Source: Blastocatellia bacterium (lineage in GTDB: Bacteria > Acidobacteriota > Blastocatellia > UBA7656). From it: DNA of 64,000 nt. Shown piece after piece: positions 48,201-58,706 of this stretch; position 1 is the first letter of the stretch; every line of letters begins with the position of its first letter. The DNA lies in the NCBI GenBank assembly GCA_963765495.1, contig CAVXWP010000013.1, forward strand, positions 32,001 through 96,000. The letters run 5' to 3'. Both the position numbers and the translations under genes were made by a program. The notes beneath the pieces are model-generated. The model made no database searches. It saw only the letters and a list, made by a program, of their open reading frames with translations, and was not told the DNA's origin.

Positions 48201-51200
48201 TTAGAAGGTGAAGCGGAAACCGAATTGCGCCTGGAACGGAATTCCTATCGGCTCGGAGAATCCGGTGGCCCCAAAGAAGTTTACCGGCTTCTGGAAATTG
48301 GGCGTTCCGACAGTTTGCCCGTAGGAATTGCCGAAATTCCCGGTGTTGAAAATATTGAAGGCTTCAAAGAAGAGACCGAGTTTAGCCCTCTCATTGAAGT
48401 TGATGTATTTCGACACTCTCAGGTTCACCTGCGAGAAATTATCGCCGCGCTCGGTTGAAGGCGGCAAATGATCCTGGTCGTTTCCGTCGCGGGTTTCGCG
48501 GTCGTTCAAAACGCCGTCCCTGTTTATGTCAGCGCCTCCGGCCGGGAAGATGCTGTAAGGTCGCGCCGACGACAACTGAAGGATAGGCGCAAGCTGGAAG
48601 CCCCACGGCAGATCGAACACGCCCGACACCACAAAGCGATGACGCTCGTCTTCGCCCGTGTGACCAAATTCGGCAGCCGGGTCAAACTTGTTGAACGGAT
48701 TCTGTGGCTGAAGGCCAAAGTCAGAGACTATGCCAAACCATGCAAGCGTTCGCGCAAGCGTGTAGTGAGCATTCAACAGGAACTTATTCGCGTACCGCTT
48801 CTTGAAGGAAATGGTAAGCGCGTCATAGCGCGAACGCCCGTCGGATTGCGCCACGCGGATATTGGTAAAAGGAACCACCTGGCCAAATTCCGCCTGGAGT
48901 TCGCTTGCGTGCGCCAGAATAGCCGGGGTCAACAACCGCCCCGGATTCGGGTCCGTACGTTGCAGCCCGAGCAGAGGCCCGATGCGCGGGTTTATGTTCA
49001 ACTGCGTGAATTCGTGCAGACCCAATATGTGAACGTAGTCGAATTCGATGGCCGCGTTTCTCCATAATTCCTGGGCGAATCCCGCGTTGAACTGCTGTGA
49101 ATAAGGAGCCTCGAAATCAGGATCGATCAAGCGCCCCGTTACCGGGAACCCTATCGGCGGGTTGACGAGCGGGCGCGGGAAAGGCGGCGGCGGCGACGCC
49201 AGGCTCAGATTCGGACTGTCATCAACGATGAAGGCATAAATCTCATCGTTGGCCTGCTGCACCGCAAATAACGGCACGTTCAGGAACGACTGGTCATAGT
49301 AAATGCCGTAACCGCCTCGCACAACCGACCGGCTGTCGCCAAACAGATCATAGGCAAATCCGATGCGCGGCGAGAAGTTGTTCTTGTCGTCCTTGACCAC
49401 TCTATCGCCGTAGGGGTTGCCGATGATATTCAAGAAACGGAAGGTGCGATTGTTGGCCTGGTGGTTGGCATCAAAGAATCCGAGGTCAACGTCATAGCGC
49501 AGGCCTACGTTGAGAGTCAGGCGAGAACTGACTTTCCAGTCATCCTGCACATACCAGGATATATTCTTTGCGCCGTCCCTCAGATCGAAGCTCGGATTGC
49601 CGCCTGCAAGCAGTGTGTCGACGACTACCCCAAGCCCGTCTAAATCCGCCTGACTGCAACCGGGCACACCGATGAAACCACAGGTAATCGGACCGGGCCG
49701 CACCTGGCTCGTGAAAAACCCTTGCGGGAACTGATTCGGATTGTTGATGATTTCACTCGGATCGAAGCCGAAATCATATTCCGGCGCTGAGAGGAAGGCG
49801 AACAGTCCGCCGAGCTTTGGAACATCGGTGAAGTCAATGCCAAACTTCAATCCGTGCTTGCCCTTGCTCCAGGTCAGGTCATCGCGGAACTGGTGCTTCC
49901 TTTGAAGCGTTTGCTGCGGCACGTTGCCGTTGCGGCCTACCCCGTTTGCAAGGCTCGGAAACGTCAAGAGCGGCAAATCGGTAGTCGCGCCGATTTGGTT
50001 GTCAAAGTCTGAAAACTGATAGAGGAACTGGTTGACGATATGCGAGCTTGCCGTCCAGGTCCAGGAACCGAGGAAGTTGTACAGATCGTTTTTCGTGGTG
50101 TTGCCGCCCGAAAGGTCTGTAAAGACCGTAAGGAAACCCGCCTGATCGTTCAATCCGTGGTTGTTCTGGCCCGCGAATCTGAAAGAGAGAGCGTGGTTTG
50201 AGGCGGCATTATAATCCAGCTTGACTGTGTATTGATGATCGTCGAAGGGTTGAGGAAGGAATCGAACGGCCTGATAACCCAGCGGTTCGAGCAGTTGTAT
50301 CTCGTTAAAAGCGAAGGTCGGAACTATGGAGTTTCCGCGCTCGCGGGTGCGCTCATAAGCGCCGAAGAAGAAGAACTTGTCCTTCACTATCGGGCCGCCG
50401 ACCGAGCCGCCGAATTGCTGGCGATTGAATGGAGGCTTTATCGCATCACCCGGATCAAACAGAGTGGAGTTGGCCTTGGCTAAGAGCGCGGGCGCATTCG
50501 CGTTAAATTTATCGTCGCGGAAGAACCCGAAAGCCGAGCCATGAAAAGTATTGCTGCCGCTCTTGCTGACCACCGAAAGCAGCGCGCCGCCTGAACGCCC
50601 GTTGGCGGCTGAAAAACGCTGCGTCGAGAGCGCAAACTCCTGGATGCTTTCCATAGTGAAGTTCTGCAAAATCCCGCCCACGGCGTTGTCTTTATTGTCG
50701 CCCCCGTCAATGGTTATGTTGAGGTTGCGGCCTGTTGATCCGCCCACCGAAAATGTGCCTACACGGGATTTGGTCGGATCAAACGACGGCTGGAGAGTTG
50801 CGCCCGGCACCAGCACCGCAAGCGACGCAAACGACCGGCCATTTACGGGCAGACTCTCAAGTTCGCGCTGATTGATTACGCCACCGACCTCGGTCTTGCC
50901 GGTTTCAATCAGCGGCGCAGACTCGCCCGTAACAGTTACCTGTTCGGTTGACCCGGCTGGCTTCAACTCCGAATCAATGGAAACGCGCGACAGCGCATTG
51001 ACAGTAATAGGTTCTTGAACGTATTTGGCAAATCCCTGCGCTTCAATCTCCAGGCGATAGGCAGCCGGTACAAGCGCAGGAAGTTCGAACGTGCCTGAAT
51101 CCCCCGTAGTGGTTGTGCGCTGAGCGCCGGTTGCCGTGTTTGTTGCCGTTACCCTTGCTCCGGCTACCACAGCGCCCTCCTGGTCCTTGACGACCCCGGA

Positions 51201-51311
51201 GATAGAACCGGTATTGGCTGTCTGCGCGAAAATGGAAACCGGCGCAGAAGCTGCAAGCATTATCATCGTGATAACCCAAGAAGCTAATCCTTTAAAACCC
51301 AAGGTCTTCAT
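48201..51311 (-). CDS. TonB-dependent receptor, Oar/carboxypeptidase-regulatory-domain type
   Basis: ATG at 51311 with GGAGG RBS; GVVKD..GAVVAGA, EQVTVTG, LPVNGR, YVQDDWK, NNFSPRIG, C-terminal FRFTF. Confidence 0.93.
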   Translation of the reverse strand: MKTLGFKGLASWVITMIMLAASAPVSIFAQTANTGSISGVVKDQEGAVVAGARVTATNTATGAQRTTTTGDSGTFELPALVPAAYRLEIEAQGFAKYVQEPITVNALSRVSIDSELKPAGSTEQVTVTGESAPLIETGKTEVGGVINQRELESLPVNGRSFASLAVLVPGATLQPSFDPTKSRVGTFSVGGSTGRNLNITIDGGDNKDNAVGGILQNFTMESIQEFALSTQRFSAANGRSGGALLSVVSKSGSNTFHGSAFGFFRDDKFNANAPALLAKANSTLFDPGDAIKPPFNRQQFGGSVGGPIVKDKFFFFGAYERTRERGNSIVPTFAFNEIQLLEPLGYQAVRFLPQPFDDHQYTVKLDYNAASNHALSFRFAGQNNHGLNDQAGFLTVFTDLSGGNTTKNDLYNFLGSWTWTASSHIVNQFLYQFSDFDNQIGATTDLPLLTFPSLANGVGRNGNVPQQTLQRKHQFRDDLTWSKGKHGLKFGIDFTDVPKLGGLFAFLSAPEYDFGFDPSEIINNPNQFPQGFFTSQVRPGPITCGFIGVPGCSQADLDGLGVVVDTLLAGGNPSFDLRDGAKNISWYVQDDWKVSSRLTLNVGLRYDVDLGFFDANHQANNRTFRFLNIIGNPYGDRVVKDDKNNFSPRIGFAYDLFGDSRSVVRGGYGIYYDQSFLNVPLFAVQQANDEIYAFIVDDSPNLSLASPPPPFPRPLVNPPIGFPVTGRLIDPDFEAPYSQQFNAGFAQELWRNAAIEFDYVHILGLHEFTQLNINPRIGPLLGLQRTDPNPGRLLTPAILAHASELQAEFGQVVPFTNIRVAQSDGRSRYDALTISFKKRYANKFLLNAHYTLARTLAWFGIVSDFGLQPQNPFNKFDPAAEFGHTGEDERHRFVVSGVFDLPWGFQLAPILQLSSARPYSIFPAGGADINRDGVLNDRETRDGNDQDHLPPSTERGDNFSQVNLRVSKYINFNERAKLGLFFEAFNIFNTGNFGNSYGQTVGTPNFQKPVNFFGATGFSEPIGIPFQAQFGFRFTF

Positions 51312-51930
51312 CTGTAACCTCCTGTCATAAATCTCAAGTGTTGATATTCTCTTTACATCTGCAGAGCGAATGATAGGGCTGAAACATTGCAAGAAAAAAA
51401 GGCCGGAGAAATTTGTCGGAAGGCGTTGAACTCTTTTATAGTCAATCATTGGTGGAACACTAAATCGCAGGCCGGGAGAGTGCCCGACTGCCAATATCTG
51501 TCTTTTGTCTAACAGCAAGCGCGTCAGGCAAGTGAGTCGGCCCTTTCGACCGCTTATTCAAGCATTATCAATCGCTTCCGCGTCTGCTCTTTATAAAAAT
51601 GACCAATTGCGCCGTTATAGAACTTCCTGAGTGGCACGCAACATTTATTCCATCATCCATACTGTCAGGCTCTCCAGGCTAATATCTTAATAGGCCTGGA
51701 CTTAGCTGCGTCTGCAAGAGGTAATCGCTGTGTCTGGGCGGGGTTTGTTTACTGAATTTTGGATGTCTATCCGAAATTTTGGATTCAAAGAGAAAAAAAC
51801 CGTCGTTCGAGGCCGTGATTAGAAAGGATCAGAGAGGATAAATTCTGGTTGCGCGGAGTTGAAAATTAATCTCTCTCATTTGCACTCATCTGAAATCTCA
51901 GATCTCAAATCTCAGACCGGGTGAGGAGTC

Positions 51931-53229
51931 TCATTGCTTGCCCGGAGCATAATAACCGTCGCGGCTGTGGACATGGTATTCGGGATGATTTCGCACCTCT
52001 ATGCGCACGCGGCGAAAACTGCCGTCGCGTTCCGTGTTGGCAGGATAATAGCCGACCACGTAACGATTATTGATGTCTGAAAGTATTCGGGCATAGATAG
52101 CGTCGGCCTGCTCGGGCTTTTCAAGAAACGCGGTCCAGCCGCCGGTCAGTTCCGCAACACGCGCAGCCGCAGTTTGTGACAGGGCGAAACGATTCGTCAA
52201 TAACTCCACCTGAGTTCTTGAAAGCGGATTCTTTTCCGCGTGCTTCAGATATTGCTCTTCGGAATCAAACCCTTCGCGTTCGATGCGGGTAAGCAGCGCC
52301 CGCCCGCGATCATAGAGTTCTTCGGGCGCAAGACCTATCAACTGCTCGCCCGGTATTATTGTGTAAATCGTTGCTCGCGACCTCGCGGCTGCGCTGTAGA
52401 TGTCACCGAGTCCGTATTGGCGGGCAGGCATATTCCAGATGTAATCGGAGCCCGTAGGCTGATCCCTGAACGTCACGGCCTCATCCCCGTCGGTTTGAAA
52501 TATGATGACAGGGCGTGTGCCTTCGGTCTTGATCATCTCTCTCAGCGCGGCAAACAGCGCAGAAAATTGCAGGGTCCGCCCGCGTCGCTTCTCGCCGAAA
52601 GCCCTTTTCGCAAACAGGTCAAGAGCGCGTGTAAGCTCGGTTTTGTCGCTTGTGAAATCTATCAGCCGCTCTATATTGTCGGTCACTATGGCCATCTCAT
52701 CTGCGGGGCCGAGCCGCCTGATAAGCGTCTTCGCGGCGCGGATGCTCGCTTCGATGTAAGGCGTCTGAGAGCCGCTGTAATCAATTATGAGAATAATTGA
52801 TCGAGGCAGATTTTGATCGTCGCCGGGTGAGGCGGTAGCGACCTGTTGGCTTCGACCATCTTCGGTCACGAGAAAATCGTCTTTGCCAAGACCCGTGACA
52901 AATCGCGGAACTGTCGGGTCGGTTACGGTTATATCAAAAGCGACATAGAGCGTATCGAGTTTGAGCGCGCTTTCGTCCTTTAATCCCGGCTCCTCCGGCT
53001 TATTCTCACGCCTGTCCTTTGACTTTTCATTTGACTTCTCGACGGCCATTCCCTTTTTTGAATCCCACTTGAGGCGGTCGAGGCTCTTCCCGAATTTTTC
53101 CTGTTTTGACTTTCTATCGCTGCCGGATTGCGATAAACCGATACGCGCAAACATCACACAGGCAGCCGCTATGACCATTGACAGGAAAGCGCGCCGGTAG
53201 AGACTGGTTTTCTTTGTCATTAGTTTCAT
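51931..53229 (-). CDS. Acidobacterial VWA-domain protein
   Basis: DYSGS MIDAS motif, TDG, ELTGG, YVVGYYP, RDGYY. Confidence 0.85.
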   Translation of the reverse strand: MKLMTKKTSLYRRAFLSMVIAAACVMFARIGLSQSGSDRKSKQEKFGKSLDRLKWDSKKGMAVEKSNEKSKDRRENKPEEPGLKDESALKLDTLYVAFDITVTDPTVPRFVTGLGKDDFLVTEDGRSQQVATASPGDDQNLPRSIILIIDYSGSQTPYIEASIRAAKTLIRRLGPADEMAIVTDNIERLIDFTSDKTELTRALDLFAKRAFGEKRRGRTLQFSALFAALREMIKTEGTRPVIIFQTDGDEAVTFRDQPTGSDYIWNMPARQYGLGDIYSAAARSRATIYTIIPGEQLIGLAPEELYDRGRALLTRIEREGFDSEEQYLKHAEKNPLSRTQVELLTNRFALSQTAAARVAELTGGWTAFLEKPEQADAIYARILSDINNRYVVGYYPANTERDGSFRRVRIEVRNHPEYHVHSRDGYYAPGKQ

Positions 53230-53341
53230 CGCAATATAAAAAAGCTTATCAGCTTTGCGCGACGGCGCGAAAGCATGACCAGTGCCGGTGATCGGATACA
53301 TCTTTTTTCTATGGATGGTGTGTGATACGCTCGCGACACGC

Positions 53342-53659
53342 ATGAAACCGCTCTTACTTGTCATACTCTCATCTGTTCTTTCGTTGACCTCGTGCCAATC
53401 AGACGGCAATGCAACCACGGCGTCTTCCGCGTTGGAGTCAAAATCTCAGCCGGAACCGCAAAGAAAATGCGTGAACCTCAATACCGCATCGGCCGAGGAG
53501 TTGATTGCGCTGCCCGGTGTCGGTGAAGTGAGAGCGCAAAAGATTATTCAGTATCGCGCAAACCACGGCCCGTTTCGCCGCCCGGAAGAGATAATAATCA
53601 TTGACGGTTTCAGCGAGCGCGAGTATCGCGTTCTTGCCCGTCTCATCTGCGTCGAATAG
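53342..53659 (+). CDS. ComEA-like helix-hairpin-helix DNA-binding lipoprotein
   Basis: Lipobox LTSC; VNLNTASAEELIALPGVG..RAQKII.YR..HGPF. Confidence 0.88.
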   Translation: MKPLLLVILSSVLSLTSCQSDGNATTASSALESKSQPEPQRKCVNLNTASAEELIALPGVGEVRAQKIIQYRANHGPFRRPEEIIIIDGFSEREYRVLARLICVE

Positions 53660-53745
53660 AGAGTCGAGAGCCTTGGAGCCGAGATTGTGATTTGCTTCGT
53701 GGTGCTGTAAAGTAGACAGTTTCATAAAGAGCGCGAGGTCATATC

Positions 53746-54795
53746 ATGAAGGAAGAACTTCCGGTACTGGTCGAGGTTGTGCGAGGCGCTATCATAGAAG
53801 CGCGTCATCGCGGTGCAATAATTGCCGTCGAACCGGACGGGCATATAGTAGCCCGTCTCGGCGATGAAAAGCTCACTACATCGACTCGCTCGACCATCAA
53901 GCCTGTTCAGGCAATCCCGGTTATCACGAGCGGCGCGGCGGATCATTTCGATATCACGCCGCGTGAACTGGCCGTGATCTGCGCCTCGCACGATGGCGAA
54001 ACCATCCACACCGAAACCGTGGCCGGAATACTTGCCCGCCTTGGGCTTGAAGAAAGCGCGCTTATGTGTGGCGCTCACGCCCCTTACAATGAAGATGCGG
54101 CTCGCGCGCTCGAACTGAGCGGAGAAGCATTCACGCAACTTCATAACAACTGCTCGGGCAAACACACCGGGATGCTCGCCACTGCTCTCTTTAGAGGAAT
54201 CTCTTTAGAGGATTATGTCTCTGCCGATCACCCCGTTCAGCAAGAGGTCATTTCCATCCTCTCGCGCCTGGCCGAGCTCGATCAGAATCTGCCCACGGCC
54301 ATTGACGGATGCAGCGCGCCTACTTTCGGTATTCCGCTTGAATCGCTCGCGCTCTGTTTCGCCCGCCTGGTCGGTCCCTGGAGCGCCGAGCGGCAGACGC
54401 TTGATGGCGGGATTGTCGAGGCGGCCAAGCGAATAGTTGCCGCCATGACCGCGCACCCGGAGATGATCGGAGGCACAAAGGATCGGCTCGATACCGATTT
54501 GCTGAAGGTCGGAGCAGGCAAGCTGATTTGCAAGGTCGGCGCTGAGGCGGTCTATTCGGTAGGAGTTCTTCCCTGTCCACGGTTTCCGCGCGGACTTGGG
54601 ATCGCCATCAAGATTGAAGACGGCTCGTACAGGGGGTTGGGCGCGGCTGTTATTGAAACTCTTGCACAGCTTGGCGTGCTCGACAAATCTCAACAGGAAA
54701 AGCTTGAGATGTACCACAGGCCAAAACTATCGAATCGGCGCGGCATGGAAGTCGGTCAGGTTCACGCGGTATTCGATCTGGATTTCGCAGAATAA
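53746..54795 (+). CDS. L-asparaginase II family (Rhizobium AnsA type)
   Basis: RSTIKP, CASH, NNCSGKH, IDGCSAP, KVGAEAV, KIEDG. Confidence 0.9.
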   Translation: MKEELPVLVEVVRGAIIEARHRGAIIAVEPDGHIVARLGDEKLTTSTRSTIKPVQAIPVITSGAADHFDITPRELAVICASHDGETIHTETVAGILARLGLEESALMCGAHAPYNEDAARALELSGEAFTQLHNNCSGKHTGMLATALFRGISLEDYVSADHPVQQEVISILSRLAELDQNLPTAIDGCSAPTFGIPLESLALCFARLVGPWSAERQTLDGGIVEAAKRIVAAMTAHPEMIGGTKDRLDTDLLKVGAGKLICKVGAEAVYSVGVLPCPRFPRGLGIAIKIEDGSYRGLGAAVIETLAQLGVLDKSQQEKLEMYHRPKLSNRRGMEVGQVHAVFDLDFAE

Positions 54796-54979
54796 GGATT
54801 GAAATAGTTCCCAACATAATCTGCTCGATAGAAGAGAAACCCGCTCGCGCCGTCTCAACCCTTGCGAGAAACAGGTATTGAGAAGTCGCGATTGAGAAAC
54901 CGCGATTGAAAAACCGGACACGGAAAATCATTCCACACAATCATATCCTGACATATCACCCCAAAAGAGCCGGGATGTG

Positions 54980-55192
54980 TTAAACCACAAGATCATCCAG
55001 AATTTTCTTTGCGAGCCATTCCCGGTCGAGCCGTCGGCGTATCTTGCGCCGACGGTCGGTCCCTTCGTTGTCTATCCAGGTGACCCCGTCAATCACTACA
55101 AGCGTATCGGCCGTGTAGCGCATAGAGCGTCTTCGCTCCTGTCTGCGGCGCTCACCTGAAATGCGCCGCTCAATACCATTCCATGTGGACAT
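54980..55192 (-). CDS. 70-aa Arg-rich protein with (D/E)RR repeats
   Basis: GGAGG RBS; WNGIERR, GERRRQERRR, EGTDRRRKIRR. Confidence 0.7.
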   Translation of the reverse strand: MSTWNGIERRISGERRRQERRRSMRYTADTLVVIDGVTWIDNEGTDRRRKIRRRLDREWLAKKILDDLVV

Positions 55193-55343
55193 ACAGCCTC
55201 CCCACCCGACGCGCCCTCGCGTCCTGGTACCCATTGAAAAATCTATTTAGAGTAGGAGCATTCACAATAAATAATCTCATTCGGGTTTCCCTACCTTTAT
55301 CCTGCCTGCAAATCGAACCCTGTTTGATAATCCCGCCGCCCCA

Positions 55344-55398
55344 GTCGGGCAATCTCCGTCGGGCAATCTCCGTCGGGCAATCTCAGCCGGGCAATTCC
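55344..55398. repeat. 14-bp tandem repeat spanning a stop codon
   Basis: GTCGGGCAATCTC(C/A) x3 plus one degenerate copy. Confidence 0.85.
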
Positions 55399-55853
55399 AC
55401 CAGCATCATTCGATGAAAGAAAACCGGCTTCATTGGCCGCGCCTCATCTGCGGACTGGGAGTGTGACGGTTGCCTTTTAAGAGTGGCCTTGCTCCATCGC
55501 CTGCTCTCTTTGTTTCCATCAAGAGGCGGCACTGGCTTGTCTTCCATACCGACGGCTTCCTCTCTGATCGCTATGGCCTCTTTACATATGGTTTCAACCC
55601 TTTCCATCAGCCCTTGATGCTCCATGCGCAACGCCTCCGCCTTGAGACTCAGGCGGTTTATCTGAGTTTGACGTTCTTCTATTTCGCGTTTGAGCAGACA
55701 CTCTTCCTCCTCGTAGGTCGCCGCCCGTCGGCACAGTCCTGCCGCCTCATCCTCAAGGGCTTCGGCCATTTGATGGAGCATCCTGATCTTGACGCGGGAC
55801 GGCGCTGCCGGGCTGTCCTGCGATGCTTCTTTTGCTTCTAATGTGTTCATCAC
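55383..55853 (-). CDS. Hypothetical coiled-coil protein
   Basis: E/R/L-rich heptads; 35 bp downstream of the GGDEF gene on the same strand. Confidence 0.6.
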   Translation of the reverse strand: MMNTLEAKEASQDSPAAPSRVKIRMLHQMAEALEDEAAGLCRRAATYEEEECLLKREIEERQTQINRLSLKAEALRMEHQGLMERVETICKEAIAIREEAVGMEDKPVPPLDGNKESRRWSKATLKRQPSHSQSADEARPMKPVFFHRMMLVELPG

Positions 55854-55888
55854 TTTATTCCTGCTTTCAAAACATATTTATGAGGGCA

Positions 55889-58390
55889 TTAAATCCCAAT
55901 CGAATCTCTTTGAGAGGGCGCTGCGCGCACGGCCGACATGCCGCGCTTGCGCACAAGCTTATCTTCATACATCCGCTGGTCGGCCAGCTCCATCAATTCT
56001 TCTATCCCGTGGCCGTCCTCGCCGTAGACGGCATAACCTATCGAAATGCCTACGCGCGCCAGCCTTCCGGGCCTGACCTCGTGGCCGAAGTTATCAACTG
56101 CCTCCTGCAAACGGACCTTGAGATCGAGAGCCACTTCCGGGGTTGCGCGATGCAGAACGGCTACGAATTCATCGCCCGCGTAACGAATCAGCGTGTCATC
56201 GGTTCTCAGTTGCGCGCGGGCGGTCTGCGCGATGCGGCGCAAAATCTCGTCGCCTATGTGATGCCCGTAGGTGTCGTTGATCTTTTTGAATCCGTCCAGG
56301 TCCATCATCATTAGCACTAGCGGATACCCGTGGCGCTCGGCCCGGCTCCGCTCCTGGTCGAAATAGCTGTACATATAACGCGAGTTGGGCAGCCCGGTCA
56401 GATTGTCTGTCAGGGCCGACTCCTGCGTGCGCTCGAATACGACGGCATTACACAGGGCCGTAGCCGCGTGGCACGAGATGGTTTCCAGCAATCGCACCTC
56501 GTCGGCCGAATACCCGCGATCTTCTTCCGAGTAGAGCGCGAGCGCCCCTACAAGCAGGTCTTCGCGTATAAGCGGAAATATAGCCGTCGAGCGATAACGT
56601 GCCGCTTCGCGTCCGAGCGATCTTTGAAGATCGGCCAGAGGGCTTCCTCCAATCAGAACCTGTCGACGTTCGGCTACCCATCCGGCTCCGCCGTCTCCGA
56701 TATTCATCTGCTCGCCTTTGAGCAATTCCGCGTGCTTGCCCAGAGCATGCGCCGCGCGCAGGGAGTTGCCTTCGGCCAGATAGATGACCAGCGTAGTAAA
56801 GTTTGTTATCTTCTCGATCTTGCTCGCTATTATGGGCAGCACCTCGGAAATCTTTAAGGTCGCGCCGAGCGTCTGAGATATTTCATAAAGCGACAATACC
56901 TCCTGTTGCGCGGCGGCGATGTCGCCCAGAGCCTTTTCGGTGCGCGTCCTTGACCAGCTCTCTACCGTGTCTTCAAACAGAGGCCCGCTCGCCACCACCG
57001 GCTCGATTTTGGCCATCGAAACTTTCGCCGGATCAAGCACCGGCATCAGCTCTTCAATCGTGTCGAGCACGCCAAAGAACTCTTCAAGCACGATAGGGTC
57101 AAAGGTGCGCCCGGATTCCCTTCGCATCATTTCGAGCGCCTGCTCACGGTTATAGCAGGGGCGGTAGGCCCGGGTGGTTGTGAGCGCGTCGTAACAATCG
57201 ACTACCGTAAGTATTCGCGCGCCAAACGGGATATCCTTGCCCTTGAGGTGGCTCGGATACCCGGTTCCGTCATACTTTTCGTGATGATGTTTTACTATCG
57301 GGACCACTTCATAAGGAAACTCTACGTTGCTCAAAATATCGGCCCCGACCACCGGGTGAATCATTATCTTTGAGTACTCTGCCGAAGAGAGCTTGCCCGG
57401 TTTGTTCAAGATATGTTCGGGCACGGCGAGCTTGCCTATGTCGTGAAGCAGGGCGGCTGTCTTCAATCCTTCGATCTGATCTTCGGGGTAGCCGACTGCG
57501 CGAGCCAGACACTCTGCCATCACCCGCACCCGGTGTATATGTCCTCGCGCCATCTGGTCTTTGGCGTCTATGGCCATCGTGAGCGCTTCGATAGTGGCAA
57601 GGTGGAGTTTCGTCAGCTTTTCGATGTGCTGGTTTGATGCTTCGACTTTTCCAAGATATATCTTGTAAGTAAAGTAAGTCAGCAGCAGTATGGGAAGCGA
57701 AAGCAGAAACGAATAGAATCCGAAAACGGTGATAGCCTTCGCAATCACTCCGCTCACAACCATCCCTGTAAAGAAGGCCGTCGAAGTCCACAGATAATCT
57801 TCTCGCCAGGTCTTGATTACGCTTTTACCGCGCCAGAAGGCCACAGCTATCGCCACGATGCTTGTGTTGAGCAGATAGTTTGTAAGCGCCAGCACGCCCA
57901 GCGCGAGGACGAATTTGTCGAGCACCTGGCTGTCATAGACCAGCCTATCGAGCGGGCCAAATATCTTTGTCGCAAGCAGCGATGCCCCCATCACAGACAA
58001 ACTCATGGCGGCGACGTTTATCCCCATGGTTCTCACGCGCTTGATCCCGCGAAACGATCTCACTACCGCATCAATCGAGCCTATTATGGTCGCGGCCCAG
58101 GGGCCGAGCATCAACGCGCCGATATAGATGAGCGTGTCGGTTAATGTGAGTTTGCTGCGCACGCCCGGGATGTATACCTCTACGCGCCAGGTCACCATCA
58201 CAATCAGAATGAGCGATAGCATCCAATCGGGGCGCACAGGGTCGAGGCGCAGACGGTAAAGCGAGTAACCGAGCGCAATTGCGCCCGCTGACGATATGAC
58301 CGCCGTGTATATTTTTGCCTTGAGACTGAACGCTTGCTCCACACTCACCTCTTTTCCTGTAGGCAGCGCCGTTAGTGCTTTCATAAGCAA
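55889..58390 (-). CDS. Membrane HD-GYP / GAF / GGDEF protein
   Basis: About 7 TM segments; LHDIGK, HHEKYDGTGYP; GAF; DLDGFK..ND..GH, RTDD I-site, AGDEF. Confidence 0.92.
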   Translation of the reverse strand: MLMKALTALPTGKEVSVEQAFSLKAKIYTAVISSAGAIALGYSLYRLRLDPVRPDWMLSLILIVMVTWRVEVYIPGVRSKLTLTDTLIYIGALMLGPWAATIIGSIDAVVRSFRGIKRVRTMGINVAAMSLSVMGASLLATKIFGPLDRLVYDSQVLDKFVLALGVLALTNYLLNTSIVAIAVAFWRGKSVIKTWREDYLWTSTAFFTGMVVSGVIAKAITVFGFYSFLLSLPILLLTYFTYKIYLGKVEASNQHIEKLTKLHLATIEALTMAIDAKDQMARGHIHRVRVMAECLARAVGYPEDQIEGLKTAALLHDIGKLAVPEHILNKPGKLSSAEYSKIMIHPVVGADILSNVEFPYEVVPIVKHHHEKYDGTGYPSHLKGKDIPFGARILTVVDCYDALTTTRAYRPCYNREQALEMMRRESGRTFDPIVLEEFFGVLDTIEELMPVLDPAKVSMAKIEPVVASGPLFEDTVESWSRTRTEKALGDIAAAQQEVLSLYEISQTLGATLKISEVLPIIASKIEKITNFTTLVIYLAEGNSLRAAHALGKHAELLKGEQMNIGDGGAGWVAERRQVLIGGSPLADLQRSLGREAARYRSTAIFPLIREDLLVGALALYSEEDRGYSADEVRLLETISCHAATALCNAVVFERTQESALTDNLTGLPNSRYMYSYFDQERSRAERHGYPLVLMMMDLDGFKKINDTYGHHIGDEILRRIAQTARAQLRTDDTLIRYAGDEFVAVLHRATPEVALDLKVRLQEAVDNFGHEVRPGRLARVGISIGYAVYGEDGHGIEELMELADQRMYEDKLVRKRGMSAVRAAPSQRDSIGI

Positions 58391-58587
58391 TCAACAGCGA
58401 GACCAAAGGCTCGCATCAAACAATATTCAATGCCCGTGCCGCAGGCATCTTTAATCGATATAAATATTTAAGAGGCTTTGTCTGCTCAAGTTAGCGGGCA
58501 TCTGATCGGGAACTATTTCGGAGTGTGGTAAACATCCACGGTCAATCTGCCAACCCGCTGATCGCCATTCAATCAATTTGACGCAAA

Positions 58588-58706
58588 AGCAGTAGGCAGT
58601 AGGCAGTTGATGCTAATTGACGGCTACTGCTAAAGAGAGCATGGCATATGCATATAAATAGGTGGTACCCAACTCCGGTACTATCAACTGCCTACTGCTT
58701 ACTGCT
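58588..58706. repeat. Heptamer-arm palindromic element, AGGCAGT type
   Basis: AGCAGTAGGCAGTAGGCAGTTGAT...ATCAACTGCCTACTGCTTACTGCT; abuts the SLT stop codon. Confidence 0.88.

Noticed and set aside
58426-58441. Sigma54-like site upstream of the GGDEF gene (CGGCACGGGCATTGAA)
   Set aside because: The -12 element reads GA rather than GC; too weak to call.
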